IMG/VR virus record: IMGVR_UViG_3300045988_144274
Coordinates: 21,807-85,806 of that record
DNA length: 64,000 bases
Reading direction: 5' to 3' (one strand)
Source of the DNA: a virus
This document shows positions 9,156 to 17,566 of the stretch, in pieces. Below the pieces are notes generated by a model. The model was not told where the DNA came from. It saw only the letters and a list, made by a program, of their open reading frames with translations, and made no database searches. Both the position numbers and the translations under genes were made by a program. The stretch's first letter is position 1. Each line of letters starts with the position of its first letter.

Positions 9156-9431
9156 ATGGGAATGATTGAAATAATGGAAGGCGAAAGAAAAGGCGGATTA
9201 GGAAAAGCCTTTAAGGACTTCAAAGAGAGTCTTGAATGCCTAAAAGAAGATTTCGAAACCCTTTGGGACGAAATGGAATCAATGGGAGAACGTAGCGGAC
9301 AAGGCGGTTCTTATGGTGGTGGTAGTCGTGGTGGTTCTTACGGGAATAGATACGATGAATACGATGATGAAGAAATGATGGGAGAACGCAGAGGTGTAAG
9401 AGGCTCTGGTCGTGGTCGTCGTCGTCGCTAA
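9156..9431 (+). CDS. small acidic/RGG-rich protein
   Basis: GGSYGGGSRGGSYGNRYDEYDDEE followed by RRGVRGSGRGRRRR at the C-terminus. Confidence 0.6.
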   Translation: MGMIEIMEGERKGGLGKAFKDFKESLECLKEDFETLWDEMESMGERSGQGGSYGGGSRGGSYGNRYDEYDDEEMMGERRGVRGSGRGRRRR

Positions 9432-9439
9432 TACAAACT

Positions 9440-9463
9440 AAGGGGGATATAATAGTCCCCCTT
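9440..9463 (+). terminator. hairpin, probable terminator
   Basis: AAGGGGGA-tataatag-TCCCCCTT after the stop codon. Confidence 0.45.
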
Positions 9464-9477
9464 TAATACTAAAAGAT

Positions 9478-9894
9478 ATGAAAAAAGGAGCAAGCTTTGA
9501 TTTATATGATAATATCCCGGAAGATATGCGGATTTATCTACAAAATTATGGGTTTAATTTTAGTGAGAAAATGGCAGAATTTGCTATTTCTAAAATGAAA
9601 GATAAAGATGATAATCCATACATTCCTGTGCCAAAAGAAAAAGTAAAAGAGCTATTAACCAGATATGGTGTCACATTAGAATTAGACAATGGCTCTAATA
9701 GTTGGTATGTATGCAACATGCTTAAAAGTGATAACTGGGGTAGTTCTATTTCCGATGAGCAGCATTTGGCATTAGCAATTAAAGATTATATAGATGACAA
9801 AGATGCAGGAGTTGGTACAGAAAAGCCTTTCAGATATTTTTTCGCTTTATGTATGGGTAATGGTACAGCATTAAATTGGAGAGAAATGCTTTAA
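9478..9894 (+). CDS. hypothetical protein
   Basis: Track ORF flanked by terminator hairpins. No motif recognised. Confidence 0.65.
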   Translation: MKKGASFDLYDNIPEDMRIYLQNYGFNFSEKMAEFAISKMKDKDDNPYIPVPKEKVKELLTRYGVTLELDNGSNSWYVCNMLKSDNWGSSISDEQHLALAIKDYIDDKDAGVGTEKPFRYFFALCMGNGTALNWREML

Positions 9895-9898
9895 TTTT

Positions 9899-9923
9899 AG
9901 GCACTTAAAATGTGCCTTTTTTT
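9899..9923 (+). terminator. intrinsic terminator
   Basis: AGGCAC-ttaaaat-GTGCCT followed by T7. Confidence 0.7.
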
Positions 9924-9929
9924 AATGTT

Positions 9930-10343
9930 ATGGAAATAAAAACAATATATTTATCTAAATACGATTGGACTGTCACTATCTTTTATGATTATACTTGCAA
10001 ATATTTTGAAGATGTAATAGAAGAATTAGAATATATCGAATGTGGAGAAGAGTCTCTTAAAAGAGCTTATAAAAATCTAACTACATGTGGATATAATAAC
10101 GGACTTACATTTTCTAATCACTTAGCGCATAAAAGTGTAATTGTTATAGGTAGAACGAGCAGTGCAAAAGAGTTTGAAAAAACTTGGTCTCATGAATCAG
10201 GACACTTAGCAGACCATATATGCCTTACTTATGATATAAGTCCTCATGGTGAGGAAATACAATATTTAGGTGATTACATCATAGATAAGACATGGGATTC
10301 GGCAAAGAAATATTTATGTGATTGTTGTAGAATAAAGAAATGA
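9930..10343 (+). CDS. small HExxH zinc-metallopeptidase-like protein
   Basis: Motif WSHESGHLADH followed by GEEIQYLGDY. The track start (GTG 9912) lies inside the terminator hairpin, so ATG 9930 is preferred. Paralogue-like to 54539..54943. Confidence 0.55.
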   Translation: MEIKTIYLSKYDWTVTIFYDYTCKYFEDVIEELEYIECGEESLKRAYKNLTTCGYNNGLTFSNHLAHKSVIVIGRTSSAKEFEKTWSHESGHLADHICLTYDISPHGEEIQYLGDYIIDKTWDSAKKYLCDCCRIKK

Positions 10344-10347
10344 TAAT

Positions 10348-10509
10348 ATGAAAAACAAAGATTTCAAGAAAGCATTACAGAGTGATAAACCTATCAACTC
10401 TATGTTTGCACTTATTCCCGAAAAGCAAAAGAAGTCTTTTATGAAATTTGCTAAGCAATTTGGATTTACAGAAGAGAAAATAGAGCAACTTTTGAAGTCT
10501 GAAAAATGA
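10348..10509 (+). CDS. small hypothetical protein (53 aa, below track cutoff)
   Basis: ATG-to-TGA ORF fills the gap between neighbouring genes. Read by hand. Confidence 0.45.
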   Translation: MKNKDFKKALQSDKPINSMFALIPEKQKKSFMKFAKQFGFTEEKIEQLLKSEK

Positions 10510-10515
10510 TAGCCT

Positions 10516-10701
10516 ATGAAAACAAAAAGAGTAAAATATGATGCTGTCAAATTGGCAATCATACGTAAGAATTACATGATTAATGAGGCAATCAATGATT
10601 TAGTGAGAGATTTACCTCATTGTGATTTTGAGAAATTAAGATTTCAACTTACAAATGAAATTATGGAGTTGCAATCACTAAAAAGCGAAGGGGCTAAATA
10701 G
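10516..10701 (+). CDS. hypothetical protein
   Basis: Track ORF. Last gene of the plus-strand block. Confidence 0.5.
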   Translation: MKTKRVKYDAVKLAIIRKNYMINEAINDLVRDLPHCDFEKLRFQLTNEIMELQSLKSEGAK

Positions 10702-10712
10702 CCCCTCTTCTT
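10690..10712. terminator. bidirectional terminator between convergent blocks
   Basis: GGGGCT-aaat-AGCCCC followed by TCTTCTT. Sits between gene ends at 10701 (+) and 10711 (-). Confidence 0.6.
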
Positions 10713-11178
10713 ACTCTATCGTAATTACAATTTTCTCACCTCTTTTATGTGCTGCATCCATTTTTTTATAAAGATTGGTGAATGTTTCAGTACTATTAAT
10801 GACTTGTCCTTTAATCTTATTTTGTCCAACAAGAATGCAACCTAGCGTATCTTCCGGCTTGTTTCCAACATGAATTAATACTCCTTCAAATCCTCTAACA
10901 TCACATAATCTAGGAAGTTTACCATCACAGAATTTAGCCCATATCCTATCTTTGAATTTAGGACTAACAATATTCATGTCAATTGCATAAGTTCCCGTAG
11001 GAATAGCGGTTTTCCCATACACCTTTTTTGTTTGAATAACAGACAAAGGCATCTCATTGCTTAGTCCTCTATCTGTATCTTCGATAGTGTCACATTCATA
11101 TACATTATTTATAAAAAGAGAACCAATAGTATAATTCGTTCCTTTAAATCTTCTTTTTAATTTTATTTCCATATTCAA
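10711..11178 (-). CDS. DUF5675 / YkuD-like fold protein (possible cell-wall enzyme)
   Basis: Motif LIHVGNKPEDTLGCILVG (His ... Gly-Cys) as in L,D-transpeptidase-like catalytic domains. Confidence 0.5.
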   Translation of the reverse strand: MNMEIKLKRRFKGTNYTIGSLFINNVYECDTIEDTDRGLSNEMPLSVIQTKKVYGKTAIPTGTYAIDMNIVSPKFKDRIWAKFCDGKLPRLCDVRGFEGVLIHVGNKPEDTLGCILVGQNKIKGQVINSTETFTNLYKKMDAAHKRGEKIVITIE

Positions 11179-11399
11179 TCTTTATTTTCATTACGTGTAT
11201 TATATTTCTTCAATGCAAGTTCGCTTATATTATTATCTTTGATATATTGATTACGTCTTTTCAGAGCATCTTCTAATGTTCTAAACATGCCGACATCAAT
11301 ACTTTTAGCACCGTAATATACACGAACCTTATACCTTATCGGGTTTTTAAGACGAGGTATTATTTTGCGGTATATCCATTTATGTCCAGTATTACTCAT
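11175..11399 (-). CDS. AP2-like DNA-binding domain protein
   Basis: YKVRVYYGAKSIDVGMFRTLEDALKRRNQY resembles the AP2/integrase-type DNA-binding pattern. Confidence 0.4.
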   Translation of the reverse strand: MSNTGHKWIYRKIIPRLKNPIRYKVRVYYGAKSIDVGMFRTLEDALKRRNQYIKDNNISELALKKYNTRNENKD

Positions 11400-11857
11400 T
11401 TCTTAAACAACAAAATTAATTCTTCAACACTAGCCTTATGATAATAATCTTTATCATTATCTTTGGGTGGATACAAAAATTCGATTTCTGATAATCCTCC
11501 TTCTAATTCGTTATCATGATATATACCCCAATCTCCTTTACTGTTAGTAAAGACTTGTCTGTCATCGGTATCATCTCGGAGTGCAGCAATAAAATAGAAT
11601 AAGTTTTCATTTTCACCGCAATCAATATCGTTTTCTTCCCTTTCTGATAAAAAACGTTTCAATTCGTCCTCTAATGAAAGATTATAACACTCATCAGGAT
11701 AACCAACGCCATGAATAGATTGGGTAGGAATACATATATGAATCCATACAGCTCTATCAAAATAACAGCAAGGACAAATATGATAACCAAGTTCCTTTAG
11801 TTTATCTAATATTTTCTTGTTGTTTGCTCTTAAAAAAGCTTTTTGAATAAATCCCAT
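11396..11857 (-). CDS. hypothetical protein, paralogue family A
   Basis: Shares IDCG-x-NENLF..A.LRDDT and HKA-x-VEELI..FK with 27256..27897. Confidence 0.6.
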   Translation of the reverse strand: MGFIQKAFLRANNKKILDKLKELGYHICPCCYFDRAVWIHICIPTQSIHGVGYPDECYNLSLEDELKRFLSEREENDIDCGENENLFYFIAALRDDTDDRQVFTNSKGDWGIYHDNELEGGLSEIEFLYPPKDNDKDYYHKASVEELILLFKK

Positions 11858-11862
11858 GACAT

Positions 11863-12381
11863 TTATTTTAAGCCAGTACTTCCATATCCATTCTCATTTC
11901 TATCTGTTTTTGACAATTCTTCTACTTCTTCCCATTCAATAGGCAAAGTAAAACCAAATTTACATTGAACAACTCTATCTCCGATTTTATATTTAGGCAT
12001 GTTAGGCATTACATGATAAAATACTGCTGATACTTCTCCGCGAAAAAGTTCATCAACAGTACCAACGCAATTACTTAATACCATCCCAGTTTTCCAAACA
12101 CTTGACCGAGGGCGGAAATCAATAGAAAAATTTAACGGAGAGTTCTTCATATTTACAACTGAATGGAATGCTACATTTTGTCTGTCCAATACATTAGAAT
12201 ATTCAGTTTCAATGATTTCATAACCACGTTCAATCTGAAATGCTAATCCCAAACCATATTTCCATACATTAGGAGCTATCTCTTCGCATGAAGTAGCATA
12301 TAAGTCATAACAAAAATCTTCATCGTAATGTTTTACTGGAATCTTTGCATCTGGATGCATTTTCTTAAATTTTACTTTCAT
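11863..12381 (-). CDS. dut: dUTPase
   Basis: The five dUTPase-like motifs are present: FCYDLYA, PRSSVWKTG, GTVDELFRGEV, GDRVVQ, GYGSTG. Confidence 0.7.
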   Translation of the reverse strand: MKVKFKKMHPDAKIPVKHYDEDFCYDLYATSCEEIAPNVWKYGLGLAFQIERGYEIIETEYSNVLDRQNVAFHSVVNMKNSPLNFSIDFRPRSSVWKTGMVLSNCVGTVDELFRGEVSAVFYHVMPNMPKYKIGDRVVQCKFGFTLPIEWEEVEELSKTDRNENGYGSTGLK

Positions 12382-13822
12382 CTTCTTTATCGTTTAATTG
12401 TTGAGCTTTAATAATACATTCACCAATAATGTTTGGGTTTTGATATGCGTCTACTAGATTCTTATATGCTTCTACACATTCAGAGCTATCATTGTAGTTT
12501 ATATCTTCTGCTTTTCTAAACACCCAGTTTACAAGATTGTTTATAATGTCCAATAATTCTTTCTGCTTATAATGTCTTAGAGCAATCGAATCTTCCGCAA
12601 ATTTAATACATTCTTTTATTCTGTTTGATATTTCGGTGATAGAAAGTTTAGTCATTGAGCGAGCAACTTCTACCAATGATGCAAAATAGGGATTTTCGAC
12701 ACCTTTAATTGTAGATAGATAATCCTCTAAAGCTTGACGATATTTGAATAAAAGAGGCTGTATGTAAACGTCTAAATTATCGTTGAAGTCTGCATAAACT
12801 GTTCCACTGGAAATAGTCAGGTTATTAACTTCCTTTTGATACCAATTTACCCTTTTCTTTGCGGCATAAAATAGTTTCTTGGTTTCTTTATCTTTATTTT
12901 TTATTGAGGGTTCAATATCCAAAACGCAACAGTTGCACATTTCATTTAGAGCCATTACCTGATAAACACTTACCAGCAATATCTGGTTAGATTTCATTGG
13001 TACTTCCTCTGGCTCTTCAAACTCTTTGGGATGCGCTTCTTCATACGACTTGCCAAATAGATAAAAATCAAGAGATGTTGGGTCATTAGGGCAAATAGTT
13101 TTAGCCCAATTGGTCGCTTCTATGACTGTTTTCATGTCATTACTCTTTCTCTTGATTGCTCCGATTTCTCTTAGGGTATTAAGAGAATGAACATCAAGCG
13201 GAAGAAGAAGTTTTGATTGGTCTAATGACTTCCATATTCCTACATCTATTGGACTATTTTTGCGACCTAACCATCTTAGCATTAAATTAAGTCGTTTACA
13301 ACACGATTTGGTATTTTGGGGTATTCCATTGCATCCAATAAAAATAGCCGTTAAAACCTCAATATGTGAGGTAAATCCATTATTATTCATTGCATCAATT
13401 ATGCAATCTTCAAGTGAATCAAATTTTTCATATATCTGTCTTAAAAAATAACAAATATTTGAAAAATCGAACTTTTTGAGCATCCTATACCAACAACCAT
13501 CATCTCCAATGTGTACTGGATATTTTTTAGACATAATCCATTGGTATGGTGAATCTCCCATAATAGCCAATGTCTTTTCGCAAGCTTTATAGATTTGTTG
13601 ACGGTTGCCGAAAGCTAGGATAGAACAGATTACTGCTGCGACTTCAATGTCTCGCTTGTCTTTATACTTCCAAAGGAAAGAAACAGGGTCTTTCTCGAAG
13701 TATTTTCGATCTTCATATTTCTTTGATAGTTCTATTATTTCTTGATTATTCATACGGATCTTAATATAACAATTAAACTTATGATGATAGATATTAGACT
13801 TATTATGTTTGGGATAAGCCAT
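12365..13822 (-). CDS. TIGR02757/DUF2400-like domain fused to a ~190-aa C-terminal helical domain
   Basis: DPVSFLWKY..DKRDIEVAAVICSILAFGNRQQI and LPLDVHSLNTLREIG resemble the TIGR02757 family from memory. A start at M24 (13753) is possible. Confidence 0.45.
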   Translation of the reverse strand: MAYPKHNKSNIYHHKFNCYIKIRMNNQEIIELSKKYEDRKYFEKDPVSFLWKYKDKRDIEVAAVICSILAFGNRQQIYKACEKTLAIMGDSPYQWIMSKKYPVHIGDDGCWYRMLKKFDFSNICYFLRQIYEKFDSLEDCIIDAMNNNGFTSHIEVLTAIFIGCNGIPQNTKSCCKRLNLMLRWLGRKNSPIDVGIWKSLDQSKLLLPLDVHSLNTLREIGAIKRKSNDMKTVIEATNWAKTICPNDPTSLDFYLFGKSYEEAHPKEFEEPEEVPMKSNQILLVSVYQVMALNEMCNCCVLDIEPSIKNKDKETKKLFYAAKKRVNWYQKEVNNLTISSGTVYADFNDNLDVYIQPLLFKYRQALEDYLSTIKGVENPYFASLVEVARSMTKLSITEISNRIKECIKFAEDSIALRHYKQKELLDIINNLVNWVFRKAEDINYNDSSECVEAYKNLVDAYQNPNIIGECIIKAQQLNDKEDESKI

Positions 13823-13828
13823 CGTAAA

Positions 13829-14125
13829 TCATCTTTTTTCATATCCCTTATTTTCTAAAATAATAATATGGCTATGTTCTTTCCCTGCCGACCAACTTTC
13901 TCCTTTGATAACAGTGTAATCTTTAAGAGAATTTTCTGCGCATTTAACAAAGTCATCGACTCCATCAAAGATTAATGGTTCTTTATTCTCTAATTTTTTC
14001 TTTGGTCTATTTAAGAACTTATAAGTTTTATCTCCAAGATAAGTTAAGACACGACCGATAAACAGTCCTATAATGAATGCTAAAAAGTTTCCTATTGTCA
14101 TAATCCAACGTAAAATGTGTAACAA
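13829..14125 (-). CDS. membrane-anchored hypothetical protein
   Basis: N-terminal TM segment IGNFLAFIIGLFIG. Confidence 0.5.
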   Translation of the reverse strand: MLHILRWIMTIGNFLAFIIGLFIGRVLTYLGDKTYKFLNRPKKKLENKEPLIFDGVDDFVKCAENSLKDYTVIKGESWSAGKEHSHIIILENKGYEKR

Positions 14126-14541
14126 TTTCTAAATTCTTTTTTTACTAATTCTATTGTATCTTCATTGTACCAATTAGGTACATTGTTTACAATAGCAAAC
14201 ATCTTTTCCCCTCCCATGTAATATTTATTTAAGAACTCTCCTGTTGTACATCTATATATATCGCAATTAGGAGCTTTAAACATTTCTTTCCCATCTATTT
14301 CTATAGGAGATATAGCTATATATCTTTTATGTTTGGTGAAAAAATAACATTGAGGGTTATAGGCTGCACCAAAATCGAATACAATATGGTTCTTTGGTAT
14401 TATCTTTGATAGATAATAATATGGTTCTAAAAAACCAATAAAACTATTATCTATACCACAACATTCTTGTCTGAATACTCTATCTTTTTCTTCTTTGGGA
14501 ATTAAGGATAAAGTATAGTTTATTAATTCTTGTTCCGTCAT
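14098..14541 (-). CDS. hypothetical protein
   Basis: Track ORF with GGAGAAG upstream of the ATG. VFDFGAAYNP only weakly resembles a SAM-binding motif. Confidence 0.55.
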   Translation of the reverse strand: MTEQELINYTLSLIPKEEKDRVFRQECCGIDNSFIGFLEPYYYLSKIIPKNHIVFDFGAAYNPQCYFFTKHKRYIAISPIEIDGKEMFKAPNCDIYRCTTGEFLNKYYMGGEKMFAIVNNVPNWYNEDTIELVKKEFRNCYTFYVGL

Positions 14542-14693
14542 TTCTTCTCCTTCCTTTTTTTACATTCTTCTTCATATAAGCGTTCCCATTTTTCAGCTTC
14601 TTTCTTATATGATTGCAAACTCATAACAGTTGGTATTAGAAGAGTTAATAAAAAACCTATAATAAATAAGCAAATGCTTAATGTTGTTTCCAT
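14538..14693 (-). CDS. small membrane protein (51 aa, below track cutoff)
   Basis: Hand-read ORF with TM segment. ATGA overlap with the downstream gene start. Confidence 0.4.
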   Translation of the reverse strand: METTLSICLFIIGFLLTLLIPTVMSLQSYKKEAEKWERLYEEECKKRKEKK

Positions 14694-14694
14694 A

Positions 14695-14886
14695 TTATAA
14701 TGATTTTAGAAGTTCCTCTTTTGTAGAAAACAAATGCTTTTCAGATAACCATATTTCATCAAACATATATTGGACATACTTGTGATATACGTCTATGTTT
14801 ATATTTTCAACTTTCTTTAATACACAGATATTGTCATACATAAACCAAACCATATCTCCAATATCATATTTTGTACTTATTGTCAT
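14695..14886 (-). CDS. hypothetical protein
   Basis: Track ORF in the tightly packed minus-strand array. Confidence 0.5.
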   Translation of the reverse strand: MTISTKYDIGDMVWFMYDNICVLKKVENINIDVYHKYVQYMFDEIWLSEKHLFSTKEELLKSL

Positions 14887-14890
14887 AAAG

Positions 14891-15133
14891 CTACATTTTT
14901 AACTGATTAATAATATCTTTTATTTCTTCCGAATTGATATGACCTCTCCCTTTTGGTTGAAGGAGCATATCTGCAAACAAGTCGGCTACAACGTTATTGA
15001 TAAATTCTTGAAGTAAATGCTTGGCTAAATAATCATCATCGGTGATTTTTTCTATGTGTGAGATTATCTTGGCAAGCATTTCATTGTTTTCTTTCGTTAG
15101 CCGAAGAAGCTCATTTATCTGTTCATCACTCAT
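14891..15133 (-). CDS. hypothetical protein
   Basis: Track ORF in the tightly packed minus-strand array. Confidence 0.5.
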   Translation of the reverse strand: MSDEQINELLRLTKENNEMLAKIISHIEKITDDDYLAKHLLQEFINNVVADLFADMLLQPKGRGHINSEEIKDIINQLKM

Positions 15134-15390
15134 GGCATTAATTCAGATAATTGTTCGTTGGTAAATTTGATAATTTCGGTTTCATATAGATCATAACCGG
15201 AATCATAAACTTTAACATTAATGAAATTTGGGTAAAAAACTATTCGTACAAGACTTGCATATTCGCCAAAAGAAGATTTAGCCTTTACTTCACTTTTAAT
15301 ATTATTCCAAATATAATCTTCAATGTCTAGTAGTCTTTCCTGTAAAACATGAGCTTCATTTGCCAAAAGCTTTATTTCTTTCTCTTTCAT
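15130..15390 (-). CDS. hypothetical protein
   Basis: Track ORF. 4-nt overlap with its neighbour. Confidence 0.5.
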   Translation of the reverse strand: MKEKEIKLLANEAHVLQERLLDIEDYIWNNIKSEVKAKSSFGEYASLVRIVFYPNFINVKVYDSGYDLYETEIIKFTNEQLSELMP

Positions 15391-15395
15391 AATCC

Positions 15396-15878
15396 TTAAT
15401 TTATTCGTACATATTTCCCTGCAATATTACAAGTTCTTAATATTTCGGCATTATCTTCACCGAAAGCTATTAGGATACTGCCGCAACCGGGCGAATCTCC
15501 ACGAGTTCCATCCGGTCGGTAGAAACGTATTCGGTTACGTAGAAATTTCATAGCCGTCGCTTTCTCAAATATAATGTCCTGAAACATCTTTGAATCACAA
15601 CGATTAAAGAGTAATGCAATTCCGTTTCCATGCTCCGCCATCCGTTTTATAAACTGTTCAATAAGCGGACGGGAATAAGGAGGATTTAGCCAAACACGAC
15701 CTACCCAATCTTTAGTTAATCCGTCATGGTTCTTGTTGTACATTTGTGTAGCTGTTTGCCAAAGCGGTTTAACCGGAGCGCATGGATCTAAATCGAACTT
15801 TCCCAATGCGTCTATAATTTCTTTTGGCGTGTACCATTCATCAGTGGTATTAGCCGATTTTTCAAAGGTTGTATTCAT
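15396..15878 (-). CDS. phage-type DNA N6-adenine methyltransferase
   Basis: EWYTP, DPCA and NPPYS motifs typical of the phage Dam-like family. Confidence 0.75.
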   Translation of the reverse strand: MNTTFEKSANTTDEWYTPKEIIDALGKFDLDPCAPVKPLWQTATQMYNKNHDGLTKDWVGRVWLNPPYSRPLIEQFIKRMAEHGNGIALLFNRCDSKMFQDIIFEKATAMKFLRNRIRFYRPDGTRGDSPGCGSILIAFGEDNAEILRTCNIAGKYVRIN

Positions 15879-15880
15879 TG

Positions 15881-16162
15881 CTATTTACCTCCAATTATTT
15901 TATAATCGCAAACATCATCTTTCAATATTAACCCATTGCTTTGAACGGTAGAATACAAATGGATTATAACCTGCGTATCATCTCTGTTGTCGATATAAAC
16001 TTCTTGCCAAAGCTTTGCTATTTGTTTCATTGTTTTTTCCAGCTTGTCTTTGCCTATATCTCCATATCCGATCCATTGTTTTTGCTCTAACAAAGAGATA
16101 TGTTCGTCTTTCGCCCAATGATAAGCGGATGCTTCTAATATATAAATATTTTTATTTTCCAT
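15881..16162 (-). CDS. hypothetical protein
   Basis: Track ORF in the minus-strand array. Confidence 0.5.
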   Translation of the reverse strand: MENKNIYILEASAYHWAKDEHISLLEQKQWIGYGDIGKDKLEKTMKQIAKLWQEVYIDNRDDTQVIIHLYSTVQSNGLILKDDVCDYKIIGGK

Positions 16163-16409
16163 ATTTTTCTTTAATTTGCTCCAAAGTTATTCTCATACCT
16201 TCTTGTAATCCTTTCGAATAGGCATCTTGTCTTTCTCCAAAATTCCAAAGTATATATGTAATAAGAAGTAGAATCATACATACTACTCTATGCCACATTG
16301 GTAGTTTAATACTAAATGGAGATAAATTTATTTCCATGTGTCCAACAAATGCAGCAACAAATACAAAGGCTACAATCATTATTATCAAATCTTTCATGGT
16401 TTCATTCAA
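16152..16409 (-). CDS. small membrane protein
   Basis: Two hydrophobic segments (IIMIVAFVFVAAFV, VVCMILLLITYILW). Confidence 0.5.
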   Translation of the reverse strand: MNETMKDLIIMIVAFVFVAAFVGHMEINLSPFSIKLPMWHRVVCMILLLITYILWNFGERQDAYSKGLQEGMRITLEQIKEKYGK

Positions 16410-16620
16410 TTAAATTACTTGCTAAATAATCATCTTCTGACATTTCAAAGATACCTGTAATTATCACATTATCACATTTTTTTGTCCTTTCTATATAGTG
16501 TTCAACTTCCCGTATAGACAGATCGCCTGTAACAGTGAATAGTTGTCTCCCATACACATATATTCCATATTTCACAGCCATGTAAGGGAATAAGAAGTAT
16601 CTAGTTTTGTTTATTTCCAT
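16402..16620 (-). CDS. hypothetical protein
   Basis: Track ORF in the minus-strand array. Confidence 0.5.
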   Translation of the reverse strand: MEINKTRYFLFPYMAVKYGIYVYGRQLFTVTGDLSIREVEHYIERTKKCDNVIITGIFEMSEDDYLASNLIE

Positions 16621-16792
16621 CTCCTATATATATTAATTGTTTTCCCCATAATTTGATTGTTTGCACCTTACCTTTTTTTATAAGATCATAAACCCATCTA
16701 CGCTTAATCCCTTTCAAAAATGCGTATGTGTCAATAGTAACCCATTTATCAGTATCTATCATCATAAGTTTTTTCTCCTTAAATATTCGCAA
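16601..16792 (-). CDS. excisionase/AlpA-like HTH protein
   Basis: TIDTYAFLKGIKRRWVYDLIKKGKVQTIKLWGKQLIYI resembles the small HTH proteins at 48918..49253 and 51154..51294. Confidence 0.45.
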   Translation of the reverse strand: MRIFKEKKLMMIDTDKWVTIDTYAFLKGIKRRWVYDLIKKGKVQTIKLWGKQLIYIGDGNKQN

Positions 16793-17289
16793 ATTAAAGT
16801 TGCATCTACTTTGTTATCATCAATATTATCACATCTATCGGTTCGCCTAAAATCCAATTCAGGGAAAAGACGTTTTGCGGCATTGATTGATGTTGCTTTA
16901 GTATTCACTTCTTTCTTGTTAATCTCTTTATTTTTGATTTTTACTTTCTTATATGTTACCACCATATCACCGTTTTGCCATATATCGCTTTGCCATGTTT
17001 TAGGAGCAATAAGATGATAAGGTATTTTATGAGCTATAAGCAAGGCTTGTAATTTCCCATATACTTCTCCAAAAGAGAATGTAGCTTTTGCACTACTACC
17101 AAATATAGCATGAACACATTCAAGTCCTGCTACTATGTTTGGATATTTAGACTTTAGATATTCAAGCATATCTGATATTTGGTAAAAGTCATTATCCTTT
17201 AAACTCATGTGAGTCCATTCTCCATTTACTTGTATCGCAAGATAACCCAAAGCACCGGGGTCTATCCCTATGTAACATTTATTTTCCAT
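16762..17289 (-). CDS. RuvC-like Holliday junction resolvase
   Basis: IGIDPGALGYLA N-terminal motif, LECVH, and C-terminal DDNKVDATLI acidic motif. Confidence 0.7.
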   Translation of the reverse strand: MENKCYIGIDPGALGYLAIQVNGEWTHMSLKDNDFYQISDMLEYLKSKYPNIVAGLECVHAIFGSSAKATFSFGEVYGKLQALLIAHKIPYHLIAPKTWQSDIWQNGDMVVTYKKVKIKNKEINKKEVNTKATSINAAKRLFPELDFRRTDRCDNIDDNKVDATLICEYLRRKNL

Positions 17290-17566
17290 ATCCCATCATT
17301 CTTTTAGCTTGTTCATAATATTCTTCTTCGTTTGAAGATGCAAATTCTCCTAAATATCCTAATCTCCTTATTTCATTAATCCAATCATCCTTTGTGAATG
17401 ATTCTGCAACATCGACATTACATTCTTTTAAAGCCATTTTAATAATATGACTATCTTCATATAACTCATGCTCTAATGTGTAGAAAAATACACGCATCGC
17501 AATATATTGACCATAAGTATATAGGATTTTCTTTATCAATTCAGATTTAATTAGTTCATTTTCCAT
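17279..17566 (-). CDS. hypothetical protein
   Basis: Track ORF in the minus-strand array. Confidence 0.5.
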   Translation of the reverse strand: MENELIKSELIKKILYTYGQYIAMRVFFYTLEHELYEDSHIIKMALKECNVDVAESFTKDDWINEIRRLGYLGEFASSNEEEYYEQAKRMMGYGK

